Source of the DNA: an uncultured Acidobacteriota bacterium
GTDB lineage: Bacteria > Acidobacteriota > Thermoanaerobaculia > Gp7-AA8
Assembly (NCBI GenBank): GCA_963822445.1
Contig: CAWGHO010000003.1
Coordinates: 288,001-352,000 of the forward strand
Reading direction: 5' to 3'
Length of the DNA stretch: 64,000 bases
Shown here: piece by piece, positions 26,344 through 36,944 of the stretch
How positions within the stretch are numbered: position 1 is the stretch's first letter
Layout: every line of letters begins with the position of its first letter
Made by a program: the position numbers and the translations under genes
Notes under the pieces: generated by a model
The model's database searches: none
Told to the model about the DNA's origin: nothing
What the model saw: only the letters and a program-made list of their open reading frames with translations

Positions 26344-28452
26344 ATGACCACGATGCGCAACGACACGCTTCTGCTCGATGCCCGGGCCGGCTGGCGCAAG
26401 GGCTGGGCGGAAGCGGCGATCGAGACCAGCGGCGCGATCCGTCTGCGGCGCCAGCCCGCGTCGATCCGGCCGCTCGCCGACGCATCGGGATCGTTCGGCG
26501 GCCTAACGAATCCCGGCGGACTCGCCATCGATCGCGACGGGCGGATCTACGTCCTCACCGAGGATGGCACGCGCATCCGCCGCTTCGATCCGTGCGCCGG
26601 CGCGTTCGAGACGCTGAGGTGCATCGGCACGCGCGGCGGCGCGCCGCGGCAGCTCGATGGCGCGAAGGGCATCGACATCTCGTGTCACGGCGATCTTTTC
26701 GTCGCCGACACCGGCAACGCGCGCGTGCAGGTTTTCTCGCTCAAAGGACTCGCGTTGCGCGCGATCTGGACGCGTCCGGAATGGGAGCCGTGGGACGTCG
26801 CCGTCGCGCGCGACGGCTGCGTGTTCGTCACCGACCGCGCGAACGGGCTCGTGCACCGCTTCGACTGTCATGGCGTGTGGCGCGCGGCGTACGGTGGCTT
26901 CGAGCGGCCGACGCATCTCGCCATCGACCGCGAATGCCGGCTCTACGTGATCCAGGAGGGGAGCGATTCCGTCGTCGTCCTCGACGCGAACGGCAAGATC
27001 CTCGAGACGATCGCGCGAGCGAACGAAGCCGAAGAGCGTTTCTGTCCGACCGGGCTCTCGGTCGACGCGGACGGGAACGTGTGCATCGCCGATTCTTCGG
27101 GGCTGCTCTTCGTCGCCGACAAGGACGGCGAGACACACGGCGCCGCGCGTGCGTGTCGTCTTCCGGCGATGCAGGCCGGCGGCGTCGTGTTCGATCGCGA
27201 CGGCAATCCGGTCGTCGCCGACGCCGATCGGGAGCGCATCTGCTCGATCGACGCGAGCGCCGCGTACGAAACGAGCGGCGTGTTCATCTCCGACTCTCTC
27301 GACAGCCGCATCTACAACTGCCAGTGGCATCGCGTCGTGTTGCGCGGCTCGCTGGTCTCCGGCACGCGCGTGCGCGTCGACACGTTCACATCCGAGTCGC
27401 TGCGGGCGATCGACGAGATCCTCGCGCTTCCCGACTCGCGTTGGGCGACGCGCCAGCTCGATACGAGCGTCGGCGACGGCGAGTGGGACTGCCTCGTGAT
27501 CAGCCCGCCGGGGCGATACCTCTGGCTGCGCATCACGCTCGCCGGAAACGGCACTGCGACGCCTTCGCTGGCGAGCGTGCGCGCGTTCTTCCCCCGCGCG
27601 TCTTCGCTGCGGTTCCTCCCCGCCGTCTACACCGAAGAACCGGTCAGTCGCGAGTTTCTCGGCCGCTTCCTCTCGATTTTCGACAGCGTCCGCGCGACGG
27701 TCTCCGATCGCATCGCCGATCTCGAGTCGTACTTCGATCCCGCGTCGGCGCCTGCGGAATCGGGCTCGCCGCGCGCCGCCGATTTTCTGTCGTGGCTCGC
27801 GTCGTGGGTCGGACTGGCGCTGGAGCGCCACTGGCCGGAGTCGAAGCGCCGCGCTCTGCTGAAGAACGCGCACAAGCTCTACGAGCTGCGCGGCACACCC
27901 GAGGGATTGCGGCTGCACGTCGAGCTGTACACGGGACGCTCGCCGCGCATCCTCGAGCATTTCCGCCTGCGCCGCTGGACGTTCCTCGGCGAATCGCGCC
28001 TCGGCGATTGTTCCGCGCTCTTCGGCGCGGCGATCGTGCAGCGGCTGCAGCTCGGCGTGAACGATCGCATCGGCCAGTTCCGCCTCACCGACACGGGCGA
28101 CCCGCTCCGCGATCCGTTCTACGTCTACGCGCACAAGTTCACGGTGGTCGTGCCGGCGCTGCGCGGCGAAGACGCCGAGCTGCAGCGGCGCACGCTCGAA
28201 CGGATCATCGAGATGGCGAAGCCCGCACATGCGCAGGGCGATCTGCAGGTGACCGAGGGACGGCTGCGGATCGGAATTCAGTCGTTCGTCGGCGTCGACA
28301 CCATCATCAGCGACTACCCGCGCGACGTGGTCGAAGGAGAGCGGCGCCTGGGATTCGACGCCGTCCTCGGCCAATCAGAAGACGAAGCGAACCCGCCGGC
28401 GATGCGCGTCGGCGTGCGAACGAGGATCGGCGCCACGACTTTGCTGCGCTGA
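26344..28452 (+). CDS. Tail protein I-like baseplate subunit with N-terminal NHL repeats
   Basis: LFVADTGNARVQVF; FLPAVY; FLSWLASWVG; YELRGT; KPAH. Confidence 0.85.
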   Translation: MTTMRNDTLLLDARAGWRKGWAEAAIETSGAIRLRRQPASIRPLADASGSFGGLTNPGGLAIDRDGRIYVLTEDGTRIRRFDPCAGAFETLRCIGTRGGAPRQLDGAKGIDISCHGDLFVADTGNARVQVFSLKGLALRAIWTRPEWEPWDVAVARDGCVFVTDRANGLVHRFDCHGVWRAAYGGFERPTHLAIDRECRLYVIQEGSDSVVVLDANGKILETIARANEAEERFCPTGLSVDADGNVCIADSSGLLFVADKDGETHGAARACRLPAMQAGGVVFDRDGNPVVADADRERICSIDASAAYETSGVFISDSLDSRIYNCQWHRVVLRGSLVSGTRVRVDTFTSESLRAIDEILALPDSRWATRQLDTSVGDGEWDCLVISPPGRYLWLRITLAGNGTATPSLASVRAFFPRASSLRFLPAVYTEEPVSREFLGRFLSIFDSVRATVSDRIADLESYFDPASAPAESGSPRAADFLSWLASWVGLALERHWPESKRRALLKNAHKLYELRGTPEGLRLHVELYTGRSPRILEHFRLRRWTFLGESRLGDCSALFGAAIVQRLQLGVNDRIGQFRLTDTGDPLRDPFYVYAHKFTVVVPALRGEDAELQRRTLERIIEMAKPAHAQGDLQVTEGRLRIGIQSFVGVDTIISDYPRDVVEGERRLGFDAVLGQSEDEANPPAMRVGVRTRIGATTLLR

Positions 28453-28464
28453 TCGGAGGAGCCC

Positions 28465-31161
28465 ATGACCGAGACATTGCACCTGCGCCGCACCGAGCAC
28501 GAGCACGATCACGATCACGACCGCGCCTGCGTCGAGTGCGAGGTCCCTCAGCTCGCGCGCAATCACTACTTCACCGGGAAGCTTCTCGTCGAGCGCGACT
28601 TCACCGACGAGCAGCGCTACTTCATCGGGAAGGACCGCCGCCACAACCAGCGCCTGCACGGGTGGGGAACGGTGTGCGGTCTGAAGGTCGAGCCGCACGC
28701 GAATCCCGCGTGCCGCGCGAAGTACGTGGTGGTGCGTCCCGGCACTGCGATCGACTGCTGCGGACGGGAGATCCTCGTGCAGCGCGACGACACGTTCGAT
28801 TTTCGCGAGCGCGTCGAGGAGCTGCTGCGCGCGAAGCATCACACGCCCGACGACCAGGAGCTCGCCGATACCGACAGGCACCGGCTGCAGATCTGCCTGC
28901 GCTATCGCGAGTGCGCGGCCGAGGATGTGCCGGCGGTGTTCGACGAGTGCGGATGCGATGACAGCGGCTGCATGCCGAACCGCGTCCTCGAGTCGTACCA
29001 GCTCGACGTGCTGCTCGATCCGAAACCGAAGGCGCCGCCGCATGATCCGAAGCACGTCGAGCTCGCATGGGACTCGACGGTGAACGTGAACCTCGCCTCG
29101 ACGGTGGTGCTCGACCAGAGCCGCAAGCGGCTGTGGGTGGCGGGGCTGGCGTCGTTGAGCGAAGCGATCGCGTACTCCTACACGACCGAGAACTACAGCC
29201 TGCTCACCGTCGGATCGATCAAGGATCCGCGCGCGTTCCGCGTGTCGCGGGACGGCACGCTGCTCTACATCGGCCGTGCCGTCGCCGGCAAGATCGTCGT
29301 CGAGCTCTTCGACGCGCTGACGTACACACCGGCATCGGCGCCGATTCGCTCGATCACCATTCCGGACGCCGGCGCGAGCGGACTGGTGATGGCGCCGTCG
29401 ATCGACGGCCGCGTCTACATCTACGTTCATCTGCAGGAGACGAATCAGAAGACGCATGTCCTCGTGTACGACCGCGAGCTGAAGACGAAGCTCGGCGACG
29501 TCGCGGTCGGCGCGGGCGGCTTCGGCATCACCCTCACGGACGACGGCAGCTCGCTGTTCGTGACGAATTCGACCGACGGCACGATCACCGAGATCGACGC
29601 GGCGACGCTGACCGCGAAAACGATCGTCACAACGCCGGGCGTGCGCTACGCGAGGGTGGCGGCGATCGAGACCACGGCGGACACGCGGCTCGCCGTTGCG
29701 GATCCCACCGCGAAAAAGCTCTACCTCTTCAGCGTCAAAGCGGGCGTCGCGACGCAGCTCGGCGATCCGTTCGCGCTGGACGGCACGCCGCGCGACCTGA
29801 TCTTCTCGACGGGAGGCGTGTGGATTTACGCGCTCGTCGAGGACGCGGCGAAGAAAGGCACGCTGCAGGCGGTCAACGCGCACGCGATCGAGTTGAAGAA
29901 GCCCCAGACGCCGCCGACGGTGACGATCGGAGAGCAGCCGCGCGACATCGCCATCACCAACAATGGCCGGCGCATCTTCGCCGCGTACCTCGGTCCCCTC
30001 GATCCGCCGGCGTCGGGAACCACGCCGCCGGTCAGCGGCGGCGTCGCGGTCATCGACGTCATCGAGCACGACTGCTCGACGATTCTCGACGGCATCATCG
30101 GACCGTGTCCTTCGTGCGGCGATGAAGACGAGTGTCTCGTCCTCGCGACGATCGACGATTACGTGCTCGGCGATGCCGTCGAAGAAGACGACATCGACAA
30201 TCTCACCGACCGGCGGCTGCTTCCCAGCACGAGCGTGCTGACGGACATCGTCCGTTGCCTGCTCGAACAGCCGGGAGGAGGAGGCGCGCCGGGACCGCAA
30301 GGACCGCCGGGTCCGAGCGGCCCGACGGGACCTGCGGGTGTGACGGGCGCAACGGGACCCGCCGGCCCGACAGGTCCCGGCGGAGCGGGAAGCATCGGAC
30401 CAACCGGACCAACCGGGCCAAGCGGACCAACGGGACCAATCGGACCAACCGGGCCTGCCGGGATCGGAAGCATCGGTCCGACCGGACCAATCGGACCGAC
30501 GGGACCAATCGGACCGACGGGCCCGATCGGACTGACGGGCCCGATCGGCCCCACCGGTCCCGCGGCGCCGGAGCTCAAGCTACCGCGCATCGTGGCGACC
30601 AGCTGGGAGCACGGCCAGATCTTTCCGGGCGACGCGATCGGCGCGGGTCCCGACAGCCTTCTCGTCGCGTTCGACCAGAGCATTCCCGTGAAGGCGGAGA
30701 CGCTCCATGGGTTCACGTTCGAGGTTTACGTCCGAGGGCAGCCGACGCCGAACGTTCCGCTGTTCCAGGCGCCGTACAACAAACTCTACGGAGTCGTCGA
30801 AGCGCTGCAGCTGAAGGCGGATTGCAGCTCGGGCATCACCATCTCCAACCCGAAGGTCGTGACGACGGGTCCGGTCACCGGCATGCGCTTCCGTCCGATC
30901 CCGGCGAATGCCAACACGCCGGCGCGATTCTTCATCGGCGAATACGTGGTTCTCATCGACGGCAACTTCATCCTCGGCAACGACAAGATCGACATCGCAG
31001 GCAGGAAGGTCTTCCCCGCGCTCGACGGCGAACACTTCGCTCCGGGTCTCCGCGGGACGGACTCGCGCTGCCCGAGCGGCGACCGCATCGAGGGCGGTAC
31101 GTTCCGAAGCTGGTTCTGGGTGGGGCAGCCCTTCCGTCCCGACACGAACGCGATCAAATGA
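28465..31161 (+). CDS. Tail-fibre-like protein 1 (beta-propeller plus collagen-like region)
   Basis: [10 protein letters not shown]...EQRY...[10 protein letters not shown]; propeller-like blades; GPT repeats. Confidence 0.75.
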   Translation: MTETLHLRRTEHEHDHDHDRACVECEVPQLARNHYFTGKLLVERDFTDEQRYFIGKDRRHNQRLHGWGTVCGLKVEPHANPACRAKYVVVRPGTAIDCCGREILVQRDDTFDFRERVEELLRAKHHTPDDQELADTDRHRLQICLRYRECAAEDVPAVFDECGCDDSGCMPNRVLESYQLDVLLDPKPKAPPHDPKHVELAWDSTVNVNLASTVVLDQSRKRLWVAGLASLSEAIAYSYTTENYSLLTVGSIKDPRAFRVSRDGTLLYIGRAVAGKIVVELFDALTYTPASAPIRSITIPDAGASGLVMAPSIDGRVYIYVHLQETNQKTHVLVYDRELKTKLGDVAVGAGGFGITLTDDGSSLFVTNSTDGTITEIDAATLTAKTIVTTPGVRYARVAAIETTADTRLAVADPTAKKLYLFSVKAGVATQLGDPFALDGTPRDLIFSTGGVWIYALVEDAAKKGTLQAVNAHAIELKKPQTPPTVTIGEQPRDIAITNNGRRIFAAYLGPLDPPASGTTPPVSGGVAVIDVIEHDCSTILDGIIGPCPSCGDEDECLVLATIDDYVLGDAVEEDDIDNLTDRRLLPSTSVLTDIVRCLLEQPGGGGAPGPQGPPGPSGPTGPAGVTGATGPAGPTGPGGAGSIGPTGPTGPSGPTGPIGPTGPAGIGSIGPTGPIGPTGPIGPTGPIGLTGPIGPTGPAAPELKLPRIVATSWEHGQIFPGDAIGAGPDSLLVAFDQSIPVKAETLHGFTFEVYVRGQPTPNVPLFQAPYNKLYGVVEALQLKADCSSGITISNPKVVTTGPVTGMRFRPIPANANTPARFFIGEYVVLIDGNFILGNDKIDIAGRKVFPALDGEHFAPGLRGTDSRCPSGDRIEGGTFRSWFWVGQPFRPDTNAIK
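30283..30564 (+). repeat. Collagen-like Gly-X-Y coding repeat
   Basis: [12 protein letters not shown] triplets with 9-bp periodic DNA. Confidence 0.9.
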
Positions 31162-31186
31162 CATCCGCGGGCTCACGGAGGAAATG

Positions 31187-33103
31187 ATGGCCAGAATGAC
31201 ATACACGACGTCGACGTCGATCCGTAGCTACGCGAGGCTGTCGTCGAAGCGCAAGACGAGCGCGAAGTCCGATTGCGGATGCCCGGCGTGCCGCGGCCTC
31301 GAGTGCATGGAGCGCCCGCGCTACTTCGCCGGACAGCTGCTGACCGAGGCGGAGCTGAACAGCGAGCAGGCGTACGTGCTCGCGAAGAATCGCCTGCACA
31401 ATCGCTATCTCCATGGCTGGGGTGTCGTGTGCGGATTGGAAGTCGTCTGCTCGCAGTGCGACGGCTGGGTGACGGTCAAGGAAGGGTACGCGATCGATCC
31501 GTGCGGAAACGACATCGTCGTCTGCAAGCAGACCGACTTCAACCTGATCGAAGAGATTCGCAAGTGCATCGACGCGCGGCGCCGCGCAGCCGAGGTCTGC
31601 CCGCCCTGGCAGGACCCGAACGCCGATTGCGTGGACCAGGAAGATCACTGGTGCGTCACGATCCGGTACATCGAGACCGAGGCGCGCCCGACGATGCCGT
31701 TGCGGCAGGAAGGCACGTCGACCGGCTGCGACAACGGCTGCGGCTGCGGCGGGAATGGGAAGAAAACCGCGCGCGCCTCGGCGACGAAATCGGGCTGCTC
31801 GTGCGGCGGCGGATGCGGTGACGCGCCTTCCGCGCCGAAGGCGAAAGCACGCGGCGTCGCCTGCGAGCCCACGCGCATCCTCGAGCAGTTCCGCCTCGAG
31901 ATCGTGCCGCAGCCCGCGGAGTGCCGCGACGTCCATGCGAAAACGATCGGCGGCGTCGCGACGACGGCCGTGGAAATCGACCGGGCCAGCCAGACCCTGC
32001 GCCTCGCTGCGATGAATCAGAGCATCGGAACCGCGCTCCTCCGCACGTTCGTTCCGGACGAGTTCTTCGCGAGCCGGTGGTTCGCGCTCGGCGGCCCGGA
32101 GAGTCCGCCGGATTCGCTCTTCAATCAGATCGTCGACATCGTCAACGACGTCGACGAGTTCCTCGCCGAGCGGATGCGCGATGACGAGCTGCGCATCCTG
32201 AATCATCTGTTCGCGATGGTCATTCGCGACGAGCAACGCGACACGGGGGGGGTGATTTTCACTCCGGAGGAACGCAGCGCAACGCTGTTTGGCGGGATCC
32301 CCATCTCTCAACCGTCGACGACGAACAACGACGATCGGTTTTCGCTGTACGACTTCTGCTGCCGCTTCCGTCGCGTGTTGTGGGAGCTCTACGCCGAGAA
32401 CCCGCTGAACGTCCGCTGCGCGGGATTCGAGTGTCCGCCATGCCTCGGCACGCCCGGGCCGACCGGATCCACCGGTCCGGCGAGACCCACCGGTCCCACC
32501 GGACCTGCTGTTGGAACAGTTAAGGTCGCAAAGGAGGGGGGATTCGTCACGGAACGCTTCGACGGCAACTTCGAGCAGGACATCACATTTCGCGATGGTC
32601 CGGCCTCGCTCGCGATGAGCGACATGTCCAATCTACGTAGCGGCGCGACTTTCAGCACCGGCGGCGGCGGTGCCACCGGCGCTACCGGGATGCCTGAGAC
32701 GCGTGCCGACCGCGAGCCGCTCCTCTGCCTCCTGAACGCGCTCATCGACTACATCGTCGACGCGGTCTGCATGAAGCTGCTCCCGCCGTGTCCGGCGTCG
32801 CCGTGCGACGACCGCCTCATCCTCGCGTGCGTCACCATCAAGAACGACAAGATCGTCCACATCTGCAACTTCGCCTGCCGCCATTACGCGGGTAGCTTCA
32901 ACTCGCTTGCGTACTGGACCTCGGTCGTACCGGTCGTTTCCGCGATCAATTCCGTGGTGCGGAAGATCTGCTGCGCGCCTCATGCGCTGCCGGGCCTCTT
33001 CGGTCTGCGGCGGCGCAAAGGGCGGGTCATCGACAACCCCGGAGCAACGGGAACCACCGACAGCGGCGGCGGGATCGCCACCCCGGTCAACCCCAATCGG
33101 TGA
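31187..33103 (+). CDS. Tail-fibre-like protein 2 (Cys-rich)
   Basis: GGAGG (alternative ATG 31184); ERPRYFAGQLL...EQAY...LHGWGVVCGL; short GPT run. Confidence 0.75.
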   Translation: MARMTYTTSTSIRSYARLSSKRKTSAKSDCGCPACRGLECMERPRYFAGQLLTEAELNSEQAYVLAKNRLHNRYLHGWGVVCGLEVVCSQCDGWVTVKEGYAIDPCGNDIVVCKQTDFNLIEEIRKCIDARRRAAEVCPPWQDPNADCVDQEDHWCVTIRYIETEARPTMPLRQEGTSTGCDNGCGCGGNGKKTARASATKSGCSCGGGCGDAPSAPKAKARGVACEPTRILEQFRLEIVPQPAECRDVHAKTIGGVATTAVEIDRASQTLRLAAMNQSIGTALLRTFVPDEFFASRWFALGGPESPPDSLFNQIVDIVNDVDEFLAERMRDDELRILNHLFAMVIRDEQRDTGGVIFTPEERSATLFGGIPISQPSTTNNDDRFSLYDFCCRFRRVLWELYAENPLNVRCAGFECPPCLGTPGPTGSTGPARPTGPTGPAVGTVKVAKEGGFVTERFDGNFEQDITFRDGPASLAMSDMSNLRSGATFSTGGGGATGATGMPETRADREPLLCLLNALIDYIVDAVCMKLLPPCPASPCDDRLILACVTIKNDKIVHICNFACRHYAGSFNSLAYWTSVVPVVSAINSVVRKICCAPHALPGLFGLRRRKGRVIDNPGATGTTDSGGGIATPVNPNR

Positions 33104-33115
33104 CGCGAGGGAGCC

Positions 33116-34996
33116 ATGTCCGAAGACATCGAACGGGTCAACTACTACCAGCTCCAATACCTCGGCGCCGAGGATTTCAAGGCCGAGCAGGCATACCACC
33201 GCGACATGCGGCGCCGGCACAACGTCGGACATCATCTCCTCGGCATCGTCGCCGGACTGGAGATCCTCGAAGTGCAGAAAGGGAGCGGCAACGGATTCGA
33301 CGTCTACGTGCAGCCGGGCCTCGCCATCGACGGCTTTGGCCGCGAGATCGTCGTCACCGCGCCGTACAAGCTCGACGCCACGGATTTCCGTTCGTTCAAA
33401 GACACCCGCTCCCATGAAGTCTGGATCGCGTATCGCGAGCAGCTCGACACCCCGCCCGGCGCCGGCTACAACGCGTGTGAAGACGAGGATCAGAACAAGC
33501 GCGTGCGGGAGGAGTTCCGCATCGTCATCGATCCGCCGTCGCCGAAACATCCGGCGGTGATCGTCGGCGGAAAACCCGCGGTCGTGAAGAGCGATCCCGC
33601 CGCGGCTACCGCCGCCGTCGTCATCCCCGACGACGAATCCGTCCCGTATCAGGACTTTCCCGATGACCGCGAGCGGTGGCTCATTCGCCTGGGAAGGGCG
33701 ACGTGGAATCCGAGCGGATTCTTCGAGCCCGACGCGAATCTCGACGACGGTCGCGTCTACACCGGCGTCATTGCGGAGAACGTGCTGTCGCCCGCGGCGA
33801 AGCTTTTTCTTCGTCCACGCAATTTCACGGCCGGCAAGGAAGACGATGCCGAGTTCGCCGAGATCCAGGGGCAGCTGCAGGTCGACGGACGCATCGTCGC
33901 GAAGAAGGACGTCCATCTCCACGGCGGCAAGCTCCTGCTGCAAAGAGCCGGCGGTGACGACGACAAAGTTCCGTTCTGGCTGCAGCGCAAGTTCGATCAG
34001 GCGTATGACTTCCGCGTCGACATCGGGCCCGAGAAAGGAACGCAGCGTTTATCGATCGGAACCGACGGCGATGATCCGGCCAAGGCGAAAACGCTTCTGG
34101 CCGTGCGCGCCGACGACAACGTCGACATCGCCACGGGGAAGTTGAATTTCGGCACGGCGCCGCTGCGCCAGATGCTGAATCTCAAGGACGAGGACTACGG
34201 CATCGGCGTGCAAGGCGGCACGCTCTACAACCGAAGCCTCAGTGCCTACGCGTGGTATCGCGGTGGAAAGCACGACGACACGCCCGCGCCGGCGGGCCCC
34301 GGCGGCGCGATGGCCATGGAGCTCACGTCCGCGAACAAACTGAAGGTCTACGGCGCGATCGAAGGCACGAGTCTCAGTGCGCCGAGCGTGCAGACGACCG
34401 ACGTTTACGTCGACGGCGGCAAAGTCCATCTGCGTCTGCCGGGCGGCGTCATCGACACGGACGAGATCTCGATCGGGCGCGTGAACCACGCCGCGAACTT
34501 TAACGAGCTCCGCGTCATCATCGGCGACGAAGCTCTCGGGCTGGACGCGTTCACCGTCGGTCCGATGCAGGGCAACAGTTATGTGACGGCGTTCCGCGTC
34601 GCGAACAACGGCAATGTGTCGATGGGGGGGCACCTCACGCTCGACGCCGGGAAGTTCATCAACATCGGCTCGATGCGCCTGGGCGGGAGCTTTCCGGTGG
34701 ACGTGATCATCGCCCGCTACTTCCTCAACGTTCAGAATGCCTCCGACGTCTTTCCGGCGAACGCGTCTCCGCCGATCACGATCATGTCCCGCATGCCGGT
34801 GGTCTCGTCCGCGTCCGTTCACGTCGCGCTCTCGCACATTTCGAACTCCGGCCAGGCGGTCAATGCCGCCTGGGCCGTGTATCCGACGGCCGTGAGCGTC
34901 AGCGGCAATCAGGTCTCGTTTCGCATCGGCTATTCGGTGACGGATTCCGACGGCTTTCTGCATTACGCGACGGCAATCATCGTGATGGTGCCTTGA
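33116..34996 (+). CDS. Tail-fibre-like protein 3
   Basis: ERVNYYQLQYL...EQAYH...GIVAGL; beta-rich C-terminal two-thirds. Confidence 0.75.
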   Translation: MSEDIERVNYYQLQYLGAEDFKAEQAYHRDMRRRHNVGHHLLGIVAGLEILEVQKGSGNGFDVYVQPGLAIDGFGREIVVTAPYKLDATDFRSFKDTRSHEVWIAYREQLDTPPGAGYNACEDEDQNKRVREEFRIVIDPPSPKHPAVIVGGKPAVVKSDPAAATAAVVIPDDESVPYQDFPDDRERWLIRLGRATWNPSGFFEPDANLDDGRVYTGVIAENVLSPAAKLFLRPRNFTAGKEDDAEFAEIQGQLQVDGRIVAKKDVHLHGGKLLLQRAGGDDDKVPFWLQRKFDQAYDFRVDIGPEKGTQRLSIGTDGDDPAKAKTLLAVRADDNVDIATGKLNFGTAPLRQMLNLKDEDYGIGVQGGTLYNRSLSAYAWYRGGKHDDTPAPAGPGGAMAMELTSANKLKVYGAIEGTSLSAPSVQTTDVYVDGGKVHLRLPGGVIDTDEISIGRVNHAANFNELRVIIGDEALGLDAFTVGPMQGNSYVTAFRVANNGNVSMGGHLTLDAGKFINIGSMRLGGSFPVDVIIARYFLNVQNASDVFPANASPPITIMSRMPVVSSASVHVALSHISNSGQAVNAAWAVYPTAVSVSGNQVSFRIGYSVTDSDGFLHYATAIIVMVP

Positions 34997-35006
34997 GGAG
35001 GCGGAC

Positions 35007-35297
35007 ATGTGGGTCCTGCAAAACGACGTGCTGATGGAGCTTCCGGACGACGTCCCGATGCCCCCGAACGGCAAGAAGGTCGACGTGCCCGCGGACTTCC
35101 TGGTCTCGCCGCGGGACTACAAGATCAAGAACGGCGCGCTGCTCCATGAACCGCAGACGCTCGTCGTCGCGCTCTTACCGCAACTCACCTCGAACGAGAT
35201 CCAGTTCATCAAGGAGCTCGCGGCGAAGAATGCGCCCGCGCCGGCGCCAGTAGAGGACAGCGCGCGCAAACCGGGCCGCCGCAAGGAGAAGAAATGA
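35007..35297 (+). CDS. Hypothetical protein
   Basis: GAGGAGG; in operon. Confidence 0.65.
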   Translation: MWVLQNDVLMELPDDVPMPPNGKKVDVPADFLVSPRDYKIKNGALLHEPQTLVVALLPQLTSNEIQFIKELAAKNAPAPAPVEDSARKPGRRKEKK

Positions 35298-35476
35298 TCG
35301 AAGCACGGCTGCAGGAGCTACGCGGCGAATGGGAGAAGGGAGCGCGCCAGCTCGAGCTGCTCGACCGCCAGCGCGGCGAGCTCCGCGAGACGCTGCTGCG
35401 CATCGAGGGAGCGATTCAGGTGCTCGAAGAGCTCTCGCGCGCGGAGACGCGGCCGGCGCTCGCACAGATCTCGTGA
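35294..35476 (+). CDS. Small coiled-coil protein
   Basis: AAGGAG; heptads ELRETLLRIEGAIQVLEEL. Confidence 0.7.
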   Translation: MIEARLQELRGEWEKGARQLELLDRQRGELRETLLRIEGAIQVLEELSRAETRPALAQIS

Positions 35477-35483
35477 GGCGCGC

Positions 35484-36944
35484 ATGGCCGCCGCCGATCG
35501 GATGACGTTCGGGCGCGCGGAGACGACGTACTTCGTCCCGCGCGATCGCGTTTTCGAGTTGCGCGCGCGCGGCGAGACGGCGTGGCGAGCGCACCTCGGC
35601 AGCGCACTCGAAGCCGTCCTCGCTCCGATCCTGCCACGCGACGATCCGCGCGTGTGGGTCATCCGCAATCTCGACGTCGATTTCACGTTTCCCGCGGAAG
35701 TCGACGACCCTCGCGCGCTCGCATACGCGTGGGCAAGGGAGATCGCGCGGAGCCTCGCCTGCGCGATTCGCGACGGCGAGGGCGTGACGCATTTCGCGAG
35801 CCGCGCGGCGTTTCTCGCGCAGTTCGCCGCCGACGTCGCCGCAGGCCGCGACACCGGGTGCTGGTATTACGAATCGTTCGCGTCGCTCCGCGCGCTGCCG
35901 CGCAGCGCGGTGATCCGCGAGGCGATCGTGCGCGAGCCGGAGGAAGCGGCGGCCGTGCTTTTCGAGCTGGCGCGCACGCAGCGGCTCGAACCGGTGCTCC
36001 GAGTGCTTCACGAGAACAGCGCGCGCCTGATCGCCGACGCCGCGTTTCCTGCTTCCGACGCGAACGTCGCACCGTCGCCGCGCATGATCGAGAGCCTCCT
36101 CGCGCTCGCCGACGGGCTCGCGGAACGCGCGCCCGACGGTTCGTTCGCGAGCGCGCACAACGCGATCCGTCTCTGCGTCGCGCTGAGCGCGACGTCGCCG
36201 TCGCTTGCGCTCGTCGACGTTCGCACGCACGTGGACCGCGTCCTCGCGTTCACGGCGATTCTCGCGGCGAGCGCGGAGCCGTGGAGCGTCGTCGAGGCGC
36301 TCATCGACGGGGATGCGACGGCGGCGCTCGCGATGAGCGTGGCGGACGGACGCCTGCCCGACGTCGCGACGATCGAATTCTTCACGCGCCTCGCCGCCAC
36401 GCGTCCGGACGTCGTCACCTGCGCCGCGGGAACGCTCGCCCCGTCGCCGGCTGGCGAACTGCGATCGGAAAAACGCGTCGCCAGTGCGTTCGCCGGCCTT
36501 GCGCTGCTGCTCCAGCCGCTCGCCGAGCTGGAGATCGAAGACGATCGCGAGCTGCGGCGGCGCATCGCGGCGCAGTGCGCGATTGGCGTGCATCCCGCCG
36601 AGGTGCTCGGCGATGCGATCGTGGAGCTCTTTGCGGGGCCTCGCCGTGATGAAGAGGAGGAGCCCGTCGTTTCCGAAGAGCGAGTCGTCGAGCTCGCGCA
36701 CGAGGTGATGACGAGGTTCGCATCGCGTCTTTTCGGCTTCGCCGGCAGCAGCGGTGAATTCCTCTACGCGAATTTCATCGAGGGTCGCGGCGCGCTGCGC
36801 GAAGACGAGGGGACGATCGTCGTCGAGCTTCCGCAGGTCCCGCTCGAGATCATTCTCCACCTCGCCGGCGTCCACGGCCGCCGATTCCCGCTGCCGTGGC
36901 TTCCCGATCGCACGATCGAGCTGCGCCTCGGAGGCGCCGCATGA
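35484..36944 (+). CDS. Probable CIS tape-measure-like protein (Afp14 position)
   Basis: Ala-rich helical protein ending PLPWLPDRTIEL, directly before the ATPase. Confidence 0.6.
   Translation: MAAADRMTFGRAETTYFVPRDRVFELRARGETAWRAHLGSALEAVLAPILPRDDPRVWVIRNLDVDFTFPAEVDDPRALAYAWAREIARSLACAIRDGEGVTHFASRAAFLAQFAADVAAGRDTGCWYYESFASLRALPRSAVIREAIVREPEEAAAVLFELARTQRLEPVLRVLHENSARLIADAAFPASDANVAPSPRMIESLLALADGLAERAPDGSFASAHNAIRLCVALSATSPSLALVDVRTHVDRVLAFTAILAASAEPWSVVEALIDGDATAALAMSVADGRLPDVATIEFFTRLAATRPDVVTCAAGTLAPSPAGELRSEKRVASAFAGLALLLQPLAELEIEDDRELRRRIAAQCAIGVHPAEVLGDAIVELFAGPRRDEEEEPVVSEERVVELAHEVMTRFASRLFGFAGSSGEFLYANFIEGRGALREDEGTIVVELPQVPLEIILHLAGVHGRRFPLPWLPDRTIELRLGGAA

Noticed and set aside
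30283-30564. Periodic DNA as a CRISPR array or VNTR
   Set aside because: No spacers; explained by Gly-X-Y codons. No CRISPR array was seen anywhere in the window.
30908-31183. Upstream extensions of this and other ORFs (13688, 22350, 24195, 53384, 57312, 60113)
   Set aside because: They overlap upstream genes; later starts have ribosome-binding sites or stop-start coupling.
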